Below are positions 1 to 9,524 of a DNA stretch of 37,564 bases, one piece after another (position 1 is the stretch's first letter; every line of letters starts with the position of its first letter). The stretch spans positions 1 to 37,564 of the IMG/VR virus record IMGVR_UViG_3300032332_002234; one strand, given 5' to 3'. The notes below the pieces were generated by a model that searched no databases, was not told the DNA's origin, and saw only the letters and a list, made by a program, of their open reading frames with translations. This DNA comes from a virus. Taxonomy: Duplodnaviria; Caudoviricetes. The position numbers were made by a program, and so were the translations under genes.

Positions 1-1
1 A

Positions 2-91
2 TCAATTGTTCGGGGCGTCTTTAACCCGCCCCTTGGTGGAATATTTGAGGTCAAATATCCCGATGTTGATATCATCGGGAATTCGATTTAG
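2..91 (+). CDS. 3' end of a probable baseplate wedge subunit (baseplate J / T4 gp6-like), partial
   Basis: Frame 2 is open from the window edge and reads SIVRGVFNPPLGGIFEVKYPDVDIIGNSI, with TAG at 89-91. The IFEVKYPxxDIxG ending resembles jumbo-phage baseplate wedge proteins. GGAG and the next ATG at 100 follow. Confidence 0.55.
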   Translation, partial: SIVRGVFNPPLGGIFEVKYPDVDIIGNSI

Positions 92-99
92 GAGAAAAA

Positions 100-1608
100 A
101 TGTATCGTATTATCCAAGCTGATAAAGACGCTTACATCACAAACAAGATTATCTCAAATACTCTTCGCGCAACTGATTCGAATACGGGTCAGGCGGGGAC
201 AATTGATATCTTTAAGCTTTATGATGAGAATACTTTCTCTGGTGAAGCGATCTCGATTGAGTTAAGCCGTGGCCTAATTCACTTTGATTTATCAGAAATT
301 AGTGCATCTTATGCCGCAGGTGATTTTGATATCAATAGTCCAACTTTTACTTGCAGCCTCTACCTTCACGATGTCTATGGCGGACAGACAACCCCTTCCA
401 ACTTCACGCTTTCAGTTTACCCTCTCGCAAAAAGCTTTGATGAGGGTGGTGGCCGTGATGTCGTCTACTTTGAAGACATTGATGTTGTCAACTTTATCAC
501 TGCTTCGACATCAGGAACACCAGTCACTTGGTCAATGACAGGAGCGGAACTTGGTGGTGACTTATCTACACCGGGCGTCGATTACTTTACACAGGGTGAT
601 TTAGGCTTTGGCGTCATCTCATTTGAGACAAAGCAGGTCTTTGAGACAGGTGAGGAAGATCTTAATGTCAACGTCACAAAGTTCATCTCAGGTGCTATTG
701 CAGGATTAGTTCCAAATTCAGGTTTCCGTCTCTCTTTTACATCTAGCCAGGAAACAGACACAAAGACAAGATTTGTCAAAAGATTTGCATCAAGGAATAC
801 CACAAACACTTCTAAACGTCCCCAGTTAATCGTCACATATGACGATAGCATTTCAGATGAGACACAAATCTTTGAATTTAACACATCAGGTTCTATTTTC
901 TTAAACTCATATGCACGAGGTGTTTCAGCCAATCTTCTTTCCGGATCAGCACTCACACCGCTAACTGGCGACAATTGTGTAGTTGTCAAACTTCAGTCCG
1001 GAAGTATCACAAGAGTATTTAGCGGATCACAGTACAAAGTGAGTAATGTTCCTATTACGGGATTGTACAAATCATCTTTTCTTGTCAATATGTTCGATCC
1101 TGACATCTACTCGTACATCACGGGTTCGGGGGCGACAGGTTTAACATTCGGGGTCAAGTGGCTTTCTGCAGATCAGACAGTTTTCTATGCCACGGGTACA
1201 CTGAACATCAATGCTAGAGAAACAACATATTTTGAGCAGACACCAGAGCGTTATTTCATCAATATCACCAACATGAAAGCGTCTTATAAGAATGATGAAA
1301 AAATTCGCTTTATGATGTTTATTGAGAATTTCAATAAACCAATTGTTACTGTCAAGACACCCCTTGAAAATACGGGTGTCATTGTGGACAAGTGTTTCTA
1401 TCGTGTTAGAGACTTTGAAAGCAATGACATTGTCATACCCTTTCACGACCCAGGAACAAGAACGTCAAACGACGCAACGACTCATTATTTTGACCTTTTC
1501 ATGTCTGCGCTTCCAAAAGGAAGAACATACACATTCGATTTTAAGATTTTGCACAAGGGTCAAGAAATAGTCATAAACGATGTTGCAGCAAAGTTTAGGG
1601 TTGAATAA
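100..1608 (+). CDS. Virion structural protein with an N-terminal DNRLRE/CBM96-like domain and C-terminal beta-sandwich modules (502 aa)
   Basis: SD GGAG at 91-94. Motifs ADKDAYI, SRGLIHFDLS, YPLAKSFDEG, NSGFRL and RFASRN..RPQLIVTY match the DNRLRE pattern. Lies in the baseplate cluster. Confidence 0.65.
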   Translation: MYRIIQADKDAYITNKIISNTLRATDSNTGQAGTIDIFKLYDENTFSGEAISIELSRGLIHFDLSEISASYAAGDFDINSPTFTCSLYLHDVYGGQTTPSNFTLSVYPLAKSFDEGGGRDVVYFEDIDVVNFITASTSGTPVTWSMTGAELGGDLSTPGVDYFTQGDLGFGVISFETKQVFETGEEDLNVNVTKFISGAIAGLVPNSGFRLSFTSSQETDTKTRFVKRFASRNTTNTSKRPQLIVTYDDSISDETQIFEFNTSGSIFLNSYARGVSANLLSGSALTPLTGDNCVVVKLQSGSITRVFSGSQYKVSNVPITGLYKSSFLVNMFDPDIYSYITGSGATGLTFGVKWLSADQTVFYATGTLNINARETTYFEQTPERYFINITNMKASYKNDEKIRFMMFIENFNKPIVTVKTPLENTGVIVDKCFYRVRDFESNDIVIPFHDPGTRTSNDATTHYFDLFMSALPKGRTYTFDFKILHKGQEIVINDVAAKFRVE

Positions 1609-4600
1609 TGGCACGCCTTAGAACACGCCCTCAGCTTTTTAGAGCCAAGAAGCAACAATCAACCACAAACGCAGTCAGAAAAAATATTAGCAACTCATCT
1701 CTTAGCGGTCATAACACAGGAGATGAGAATTTCTTATTTGACTCTTACCTTGCTGGTTTTAAATCTACACAGCAACTTGAGTTAGATTTTTCTGATTTTA
1801 CTCGTCATACATTTTTTGCACCTGCAAGGGCCAAAGTAGACGTTGCACTCTTTAAAGCTATAAATCAATATCCCTATACAGGTTCAAGAGCGGATATCGA
1901 TAATTTTTTGGTCACACTGACGGGTTTTGAACGCTATGTGTTCGACCAGATCCCGAAAAATATGGGATTTTTATTTTTTTCGGGAACCCAGCCATCTGAG
2001 ACCTTGGGTGGCACACATATATCAGTGTCGCCTATTGCTGGTAAAAATTTTGATGGTGCACCGGGTGCAACAGGTGAAGCACGTCTTATAGTGAATCAGA
2101 GTCCATTTGAGCTTGAATCACATCTGTTTGTCCCAGCACAAGCAAATGATAATCAAGTTGTTTTCCAGCGACTTGCCACAACGGCAGGTTACACGTTAGC
2201 ACTCTCACAATCAGCATCGACAGCTGATTGTCAGATTTTGTTCCTGGTGTCGTCAGCATCAGATTCATATGTTGTTGCTTCTGGTTCAATTTTGAAAGGA
2301 CAATTCTCACACGTTCGTGCCTGTCTTTTCAATAATGATGATGGGAAACAGGCACTAATCTATGTCAATGACGACCTTATCGGGTCATCATCAGACACAC
2401 AAGATTTTGGTTCACTTGATTTTCTAACTTCAAGTTTCATCATAGGCAGTGGAAGTCGTCACACCATTCTTGACTATGATTTTCTTCCTATTCAGACACT
2501 TAGCGGCGCCCTTGACGAGGTTCGCTTCTTTGTTGGACAAAGAAGCGATGCCGAAGTCGAGAAATACAAAGACACCCAGATGTATGCATCGGGAGGATTA
2601 GAACTCTACTTCAGATTTGATGAACCAAGTGGTTCATATGACATGAATCACGTTGTTCTTGACTATTCTGGAAAGTGCCTACATTCAACGATTGTCAACT
2701 ATAATTCATCGCTTAGACAGACCAGCTCACTTGATGTTCCTCTTGCTTTTCAAAATCCATATTACAGCCCTATCCTTTATCCTGACCAGACCAGATTTTC
2801 TAATCTAATCACAGATCTTTATGTCAGAGCGTCATCGTATGATGAAGAAAATCCTAATGTTGTCACAAATCTGGTCCCAAGACACTATCTTTTAGAAAGT
2901 GCTCGAGCAGTAGGTTTACCCAATTTCGATAGCGGTGTGGGAGAAGTACCAACACTCGAATCAGTTCCAGGCACGGGAGAACTCCCGTTAACATCAGCTT
3001 TAATTCGCCTCCTCATCCTGATGTCTATCTCACTTGATGAAATAAAGCAGTTTGTTGATAGTTTGTCTTCTTTGATGGCAATTGAATTGGGTGATGAAGA
3101 ACAAGTTAGCAGCCAGATGATTCGATACGCTGCTGACTATTTTGGCATTGATCTTCCTAACTTTTTTACCAAATCAACATCGGAACAGATGTCATTCGGT
3201 GAAGACATCTCTGATAGTGGAATCACAGATTATACTCTGAAGGGTTTGAGAAACGATCTTTGGAGAAGAATTCTTGCCAATATGACTTACATTAATGCTG
3301 CTAAGGGAACAAAAAATGCAGTTCGTGCAGCAATGTTGTCATCAGGTATTATACCAGATAACTTTTTTATCATCCGTGAATACGGCATGGCAGGAGAGTC
3401 AAGAATCTCTGACATGAGAGACCTAACATATGAAGTTACTTCGATGTTAGATTTTTCTGGAAGTTTCACGTCACCTGTAGGACCGCTTAATAGCTTGGGA
3501 ATTAGAAGTGATTCTCCAAATGTCGTCAGTTCTTATCTAAGCGGTTCAAGAACAGAAATTGGCTATCCCTTTATTAAGGGCACATTTGTCGATGTTACTT
3601 CGTATCCTCCCCACGGAATATCGGACAATGCCAGTGATGGCCTCTTCACATCAGGTTCATTCTCAATTGAAGCGTCCTATGTGTTTGATAAGAAATATTC
3701 ACATCCACCCAATCAGAGCCTCTTTAGACTTCTGACTACTGGTAGCACAGCGCCATATTACCATCTAATTGGTAATATGATGTATGATCAGCAGGATGAC
3801 GTATCAGGGAGCCTTACGTTTGTTTTAGGTGCCTCATCTGAGATTCCTACTAACGCGCCTGATCCATTAAGATTAGTGTTAAGTGGCGTCAATCTTTTTG
3901 ATGGAGAACGTTGGACGGTCGGAATTGAGCGGGATAGAGATGACAGGATTGGAAATCTCACCTCAAGCTATACGCTAAGATGCTCACGTCAAGTTGGCGA
4001 TCAGGTTAGCTTCTTTAAAACATCATCTTTTTACTCGGTAATTGCTTCCTCAGAAAGTGACAATGTTCTCGCCAATGTGTCGCCCACCTATAGCGCCTCG
4101 GGTTCATTTGTAGTTATCGGTTCACAAAGCTTGGGCACATCAACTCAATTTTTGAATTCTGAGACAGGATGTACATCATCTAACTTCACCGGAAAAGTCT
4201 CACACATCCGATTTTTCTCGGCCCGTTCAGGTGACACACCTTTCATCGAGCATAGCAAAAACTTTGCCAACATGGGGACAAACAATCCTGAGTTAGGATT
4301 GGGATTTGATCTTGTTCAGACGGGTGCATTTAATCGTCTTCGAATTGACGCATCCTGCGATCAGGCAACAACCTCATCAGACGGTTCAGGTAATATTAGA
4401 ATATTTGATTTTAGCCAGAACGATCTTCACTTTAGCGGATCTGGTTTTGAGACAAATAAAGAAGTCATTAAGCCTTATTTGACATCGATTAACCGTGTTT
4501 CACCAAGATTCGACCTACTTCAAGTCAACAATAAAGTTAGAGTTAGAGGTCTTGATAACCCGTCTGAGACAGATCCTGACTATGTAATTTCCGGTCCTGT

Positions 4601-5087
4601 TTATGAAATTTATGACACAGATGAGATCATTGACGATGTTAGATTTGGTATTGAGCATTCTATTGTCAAGGCATTGAATGAAGACATTATGACAACTGTC
4701 GGTGATTCACAATACATCGACAACTCATTGGGCCAACCCGTAGATCTTTTCAATGATTCTTATTCTAATTTTGATCATCTAAATCAAGTCTATTTCAATA
4801 GACTAACAGGCAAGATGGATTTTATGAGAACGTACGATGTGTTTAGATGGGTCGACATCGCACTGACTAATCTCGTTGAATCAATTCTTCCAAAACGTAC
4901 GAAATTTATGGGTATCAATTATGTAATTGAGTCACATATTCTCGAACGTGGAAAGATGAGATATCGTGGAAGTGAGTCATTTATGTTAACAACACCGGGA
5001 TCATTTGAAGCGGCAGGTGAAACGCCTTCTGCTGTAGCACGTGCTTCTTCAACGGTGACATCGTTCTTAATATCAGTGAAATCATAA
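1608..5087 (+). CDS. Large baseplate wedge-like protein (P2 gpI / T4 gp7-type motif) with LamG/ConA-like domains (1159 aa)
   Basis: TAATG coupling to the upstream gene. LamG-like GALDEVRFF..LELYFRFDE and FTGKVSHIRFF. Wedge-like LWRRILANMTYINAAKGTKNAV and C-terminal LVESILPKRTKFMG. Confidence 0.65.
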   Translation: MARLRTRPQLFRAKKQQSTTNAVRKNISNSSLSGHNTGDENFLFDSYLAGFKSTQQLELDFSDFTRHTFFAPARAKVDVALFKAINQYPYTGSRADIDNFLVTLTGFERYVFDQIPKNMGFLFFSGTQPSETLGGTHISVSPIAGKNFDGAPGATGEARLIVNQSPFELESHLFVPAQANDNQVVFQRLATTAGYTLALSQSASTADCQILFLVSSASDSYVVASGSILKGQFSHVRACLFNNDDGKQALIYVNDDLIGSSSDTQDFGSLDFLTSSFIIGSGSRHTILDYDFLPIQTLSGALDEVRFFVGQRSDAEVEKYKDTQMYASGGLELYFRFDEPSGSYDMNHVVLDYSGKCLHSTIVNYNSSLRQTSSLDVPLAFQNPYYSPILYPDQTRFSNLITDLYVRASSYDEENPNVVTNLVPRHYLLESARAVGLPNFDSGVGEVPTLESVPGTGELPLTSALIRLLILMSISLDEIKQFVDSLSSLMAIELGDEEQVSSQMIRYAADYFGIDLPNFFTKSTSEQMSFGEDISDSGITDYTLKGLRNDLWRRILANMTYINAAKGTKNAVRAAMLSSGIIPDNFFIIREYGMAGESRISDMRDLTYEVTSMLDFSGSFTSPVGPLNSLGIRSDSPNVVSSYLSGSRTEIGYPFIKGTFVDVTSYPPHGISDNASDGLFTSGSFSIEASYVFDKKYSHPPNQSLFRLLTTGSTAPYYHLIGNMMYDQQDDVSGSLTFVLGASSEIPTNAPDPLRLVLSGVNLFDGERWTVGIERDRDDRIGNLTSSYTLRCSRQVGDQVSFFKTSSFYSVIASSESDNVLANVSPTYSASGSFVVIGSQSLGTSTQFLNSETGCTSSNFTGKVSHIRFFSARSGDTPFIEHSKNFANMGTNNPELGLGFDLVQTGAFNRLRIDASCDQATTSSDGSGNIRIFDFSQNDLHFSGSGFETNKEVIKPYLTSINRVSPRFDLLQVNNKVRVRGLDNPSETDPDYVISGPVYEIYDTDEIIDDVRFGIEHSIVKALNEDIMTTVGDSQYIDNSLGQPVDLFNDSYSNFDHLNQVYFNRLTGKMDFMRTYDVFRWVDIALTNLVESILPKRTKFMGINYVIESHILERGKMRYRGSESFMLTTPGSFEAAGETPSAVARASSTVTSFLISVKS

Positions 5088-5129
5088 TCACTTTAAATTC
5101 TGGTGATCTGCGGTGAGCCGCTATCTCAC

Positions 5130-5136
5130 ATATTTA
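5130..5136 (+). promoter_or_regulatory. Putative phage late promoter (ATATTTA)
   Basis: Intergenic copy of the ATANKTA motif that recurs upstream of 7 genes. Confidence 0.5.
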
Positions 5137-5185
5137 CTAAGGGTGGCATTGATAAAATTTCACCTTAGAAAGAGCTGAGAATAAC

Positions 5186-5836
5186 TTGTCATTCGTTCCA
5201 AACAAATCAGGCTACGGCGTTGAAATACGGTATGGGCGCGACATAAAGAAGAGAAATAATCTCGTCTTTATATCATCGGGCCAATGGGCCGAGATGGGTG
5301 CCGATGGATTAATTGATCAAGAAGTGGCTCCTTTAGTGATTGGTGAGCTTATTGATCCGCTTGATTATGAGCCCTATAATGAACAAAATGGTATTTTAAC
5401 ACCTGCAGAGATTTTAAATTCTGATGTTCTGTCTATATCCACAACAATTGATTATCAAGAAGATGCAAACAAAGATGGAAGAATAACCGTATTTTTCCCA
5501 TCTGCTAGAAGCTATGTTGCGCAAGAGGAAATTCCATTTCAATCTCGCGGGTTTAAAGCAGAAAATGAAACAGTTCTGGGTTATAGCACTGGAATAATTT
5601 TTGATCCATTTTTTGATGGTGGGGGTTCAAGTTTAGGAATTACGAAAGAGGGATATTATGGTTCTGAGGCCCAAGTTAAAATGACTTTTATAGATAGAGA
5701 TTTAACTGATGGTCTCGGATTTGTCATAGACAATGATGATTTCGATTCGGATTACCAGACAGGTGCATTTGGAACACCTCTCTACTCATCAGAATTTGGA
5801 ACAGATTCAATTGCCTATGCTGGAATGACGAAATGA
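5186..5836 (+). CDS. Hypothetical acidic virion protein (216 aa; start uncertain)
   Basis: Fills the gap between two large structural genes and overlaps the next gene (ATGA). The TTG start is weak; see the finding on GTG 5143. Confidence 0.7.
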   Translation: MSFVPNKSGYGVEIRYGRDIKKRNNLVFISSGQWAEMGADGLIDQEVAPLVIGELIDPLDYEPYNEQNGILTPAEILNSDVLSISTTIDYQEDANKDGRITVFFPSARSYVAQEEIPFQSRGFKAENETVLGYSTGIIFDPFFDGGGSSLGITKEGYYGSEAQVKMTFIDRDLTDGLGFVIDNDDFDSDYQTGAFGTPLYSSEFGTDSIAYAGMTK

Positions 5837-8562
5837 GCAAGAGCAAATTCTTAAACGTCTCCCCTCGAGTCTATATCCGTCAGCGTGACTCTGTCAATAT
5901 TCTTCCAAGAATTCTAAGGACAGGATACCAGAATGAATTGGGAGATGAAACTAACAAGTTTGATGATGGTGAAACTGTCATCTTCGAAGACAATCAGACA
6001 GTTTTAGCTCCCTATATGATCCCATCGGGATCTGCTGCCCTTTCTGGTTTTTTTACGGGCAGCTTGTCTTTAACAGGACCAATCACGGATCGTGCATCTT
6101 ATTTTGACAAAGCTGTCGATAATGATCCTATTTTTCCGTTCAAAGAGAGATTTAAGACAATATCGGAAACTTCTTTTGATGTAGGCTTTCCTCAAAATGA
6201 GTATCCTGGATTTTCATCTCCACCATCTGATAAAGCCGCTCTTGTCTTTGATATGTCGTCACCTAATGATTTTAACCTTACAAAACTTAAATTAAGTGAT
6301 TCGTTAAGAGATCCAACAGGGCCGCTCTATAACCAGCGTGCATCTGGATTTGCGTACTATAATCATGCTAATAAAACTTGGAATGACGTAGGAATAGAAG
6401 ATCGTGCGTCCTCAGCAGCAATTGATTATGATCCCATTTTTAACTTGGATTCAACCTCACTTGCTAGTGCTGAGAACTTAATAAATGGCAATGAAAATTC
6501 ATTTATGGGACAATTTACAAGTAGCCCATATGCGCTTGTAACAGAAACATTCTATCAGCCTCATACTATTGATGCTTTAAAATCTCGAGGATATCATAAA
6601 ATCGGAGAACCCACGAGTTTCTTTGGTGCGCCTCATTCTCCTCGTTATCATGCAAAGGAAAATCAATCAATAAAATTGAGTGACTATATAACAGCGCCCT
6701 TTGTTGTTGACAGAATTGAAGCAAAATTTCCTGTTTTAGCAAGGAGAACTCAAACGCCGCCTCCAGGTGGCCCTCCATATGCAGGCGGATTTGCTAGAGA
6801 CATTGATAATTATGTCTTTTTTATTTATGTTCAAAATAGAACAAATGTAACTACAGACTCAACACATGATGTTTCAAGTAGCATTAGATATCTCATTGGG
6901 AAAGAGTCTTTCTGTTTCAGCAATCAGCAGACACTAAATGAAGCAATCCCTAATTTAAAACCCATTCATGATGTTTCACAATCTTTCTTTATTAATATGG
7001 GAAGCTATGTAGGTGCATCAATCTCACTTGGAACTGACGTCTATCTTAATTTTAGGCCAAAAACTTTCAATCAAGAATTTGGAACAACATCAAAGCTTGC
7101 AGGAAGAGGAGACCCCGCATTTGGTCCTGATGTTACGGGAAGTGTGAATATAAGACACTTTTATCGTGGAGGTCAATACGCATCGGGCAATCTTGCCATC
7201 CCGCATTTGATGGACAGTACATACAATCTAAATGCAAGAATTGAATCATTTAAACCTGTTGAAAAATTTTCTGACCCAAGCCCAAGATCACTTATCACGT
7301 CATTTTGGGAAGGAACGCCATCCACATTCGTTTCAGGAAGTGGATTCAGATCACCTGGCGTTGATACTGCAACCGTTTCCTTGATTGATTCTTCAAGAGA
7401 AACACCGATTGTTCTCTTTCCAGATGATGAATTAATTTTTGGCATTGAATCTGGTGCCAATTCTGTAATGATCAATCCTAACCCAAGAGATTCTGGGAGG
7501 GGAGGTCAGGAATATGATGTTTTAAATGTAACAGGATCACGTCTCCAGATACGTGCCGGAACAGGCTATGTTATTCTTTACGGATCGATGATTAGTGATA
7601 AGGTCGAGTCTCTTCCATCACTAAATCAGTATCTTGGTTCTGATGCCGTTCATGAAGACATACATGAAGCGGGTCCTTATGATCAATTCGATGTCTATGC
7701 AAAAGAGATTCTTTCAGCATCATATGTTGATGGATTTTTTACCGGAAGCATATTTGATGGGACGCGTAAACGCGCCTTCTTAAAGACATCTTCATCTGAT
7801 CTCAATTCAGGATCGATTCAGAGAAATGTGAAGCATGTCGATAGTCAGCGGATATTTTACGATTCACTTATTCCCCAGATTACAGAAATCTCTGGGGGGT
7901 TAGCACAAACAAGTTATTCAGAAGTTATTAATCCATCTTTACTGACTATTTTTGAGACAATTGGTCAAGGATTTCCATTTGACAACAATAGATCTTCATC
8001 TACGATGCTAAAGAGAAATTTCACTTATGAAGGCACGTCAGGAACAGCAAGATTAAAAAATATTTCTTTAAGGTTGGTAAATTCTACTGGAATGATTTCG
8101 ACAACGCTGACTGGCGATGATGCAAAATTTGCGCTCTACTATAACGGTAACTTTAATTCCAAGTCATTTAAAACTAAAAATTACACAGGTGCGGCATCAC
8201 TTCGCTACGGTCTGTTGAGTCCCCGTGTCGCTAACCCTTCCTGTGTCTTTAGACGTGATAGATTCGGCCAAGTTCGTGACATGATTGAGCAATCAAGAGA
8301 TTCAAAGACTCTTGTCACAATTGATGGAAAAGACACAGTTAATAGATCGATTGTTTATGCGACGTTTGTTAGCGCTTCATCCGATTTAGCAGTTGAGCCA
8401 GAGACAACACAATGTAGTAATCTTAGTTTTGAGTGCACATCATCAATTCCTTTTATTGATGACAACACTGTTCATAATAGAGGAGCACTACCTCTCTATG
8501 CTGTTGCATTTGGACCGAATAATCTGATCTTCGGGGTTACTGGGAGCTTTGGGTATCAATAA
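5833..8562 (+). CDS. Hypothetical tail/baseplate structural protein (909 aa)
   Basis: Long, S/T/G-rich, beta-type ORF, translationally coupled within the structural cluster. Confidence 0.7.
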   Translation: MSKSKFLNVSPRVYIRQRDSVNILPRILRTGYQNELGDETNKFDDGETVIFEDNQTVLAPYMIPSGSAALSGFFTGSLSLTGPITDRASYFDKAVDNDPIFPFKERFKTISETSFDVGFPQNEYPGFSSPPSDKAALVFDMSSPNDFNLTKLKLSDSLRDPTGPLYNQRASGFAYYNHANKTWNDVGIEDRASSAAIDYDPIFNLDSTSLASAENLINGNENSFMGQFTSSPYALVTETFYQPHTIDALKSRGYHKIGEPTSFFGAPHSPRYHAKENQSIKLSDYITAPFVVDRIEAKFPVLARRTQTPPPGGPPYAGGFARDIDNYVFFIYVQNRTNVTTDSTHDVSSSIRYLIGKESFCFSNQQTLNEAIPNLKPIHDVSQSFFINMGSYVGASISLGTDVYLNFRPKTFNQEFGTTSKLAGRGDPAFGPDVTGSVNIRHFYRGGQYASGNLAIPHLMDSTYNLNARIESFKPVEKFSDPSPRSLITSFWEGTPSTFVSGSGFRSPGVDTATVSLIDSSRETPIVLFPDDELIFGIESGANSVMINPNPRDSGRGGQEYDVLNVTGSRLQIRAGTGYVILYGSMISDKVESLPSLNQYLGSDAVHEDIHEAGPYDQFDVYAKEILSASYVDGFFTGSIFDGTRKRAFLKTSSSDLNSGSIQRNVKHVDSQRIFYDSLIPQITEISGGLAQTSYSEVINPSLLTIFETIGQGFPFDNNRSSSTMLKRNFTYEGTSGTARLKNISLRLVNSTGMISTTLTGDDAKFALYYNGNFNSKSFKTKNYTGAASLRYGLLSPRVANPSCVFRRDRFGQVRDMIEQSRDSKTLVTIDGKDTVNRSIVYATFVSASSDLAVEPETTQCSNLSFECTSSIPFIDDNTVHNRGALPLYAVAFGPNNLIFGVTGSFGYQ

Positions 8563-8565
8563 TTA
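8559..8565 (+). promoter_or_regulatory. Putative late promoter (ATAATTA)
   Basis: ATANKTA motif overlapping a stop codon, followed by GAGGA and ATG 8580. Confidence 0.4.
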
Positions 8566-8579
8566 CTATTGAGGACCTG

Positions 8580-9524
8580 ATGGGCATCCTTGATCCAAAG
8601 ACCAGAATTCTAGATGTTACATTGACGCCGAATGGGAGAGCAGCTCTTGCGCGCGGCGGCCTTAATGTAGCATATGCATCTTTTACCGATGGGCAGACGT
8701 TCTACGATCCGGCTAGTATCACGGGTTCGTATGACACAGCCACAGATCGAATATTTTTAGAAGTTCCCTCTTCATTACCGCAAGATACACTGGCACTCGT
8801 GACTGATGATTCAGGTGATCTAATACCAGCTTCTGCGTTTGGGACAGACATCGACGCTCGTGGAACGTTATATGTTTCATCCATTTCAGGAAAAAATCCC
8901 GTTACAGGATATTCGACAGGAAATGGATTTTCATCTGCGGTCGACAACATTGTCAATATGTTCCAGACATCATTTGAATACAATTCAATAATTGGAACTC
9001 GCCCGCCACTTGACTCGGATACATCATTTGAGATTGTTCCAATTTCAGGAACGTTTTCTATGGATGGTGTAGCTGGTGATCTTCCAATTTCAGAAATTGA
9101 TACTGCTGATTCTTTGTTTTTTGATAAACGATTTGCTAATCTTCCTCAATTTAAATTTTTGCCACCCACAGTTTCATCTGGGGGCACTTCAAGATTGCTT
9201 GGAAAATATAGAAACATAAAACGATTTAATCAGTACACGTATGAAGATTTAAAACGTGATGTCTTCGGAACTGATAGAAATCCTATCAAAGAAAGAAGAG
9301 ATTTTGATATTGAGAGATCTTCTCTTTCAAATGATATTGTCATGCAGATGTATGAGATCACAAATGATGGTGTCGCAAAGCTCGATGCTGTCGATTACGG
9401 TGAAGTAATAGATTATTCAGATAAAGAGCATCAGCAAAAGAGAATCCTATTCTTTGGCAAAGTTTTTGTTGATAATTCAGAAACTGCGACATTTATTAAT
9501 CTTTTTACCGTGGTAATCGACTAA
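8580..9524 (+). CDS. Tail/baseplate protein with an N-terminal DxxLTxxGRxxLA motif (314 aa); paralog of 16924..17625
   Basis: SD GAGGA. MGILDPKTRILDVTLTPNGRAALA aligns with MGFLDQSTNNIILDAVLTDAGRRLLA. Confidence 0.7.
   Translation: MGILDPKTRILDVTLTPNGRAALARGGLNVAYASFTDGQTFYDPASITGSYDTATDRIFLEVPSSLPQDTLALVTDDSGDLIPASAFGTDIDARGTLYVSSISGKNPVTGYSTGNGFSSAVDNIVNMFQTSFEYNSIIGTRPPLDSDTSFEIVPISGTFSMDGVAGDLPISEIDTADSLFFDKRFANLPQFKFLPPTVSSGGTSRLLGKYRNIKRFNQYTYEDLKRDVFGTDRNPIKERRDFDIERSSLSNDIVMQMYEITNDGVAKLDAVDYGEVIDYSDKEHQQKRILFFGKVFVDNSETATFINLFTVVID

Noticed and set aside
5087-5121. Small inverted repeats (ATCAC/GTGAT; GCGG-TGAG-CCGC) as a terminator
   Set aside because: The stems are only 4-5 bp and there is no U-tract.
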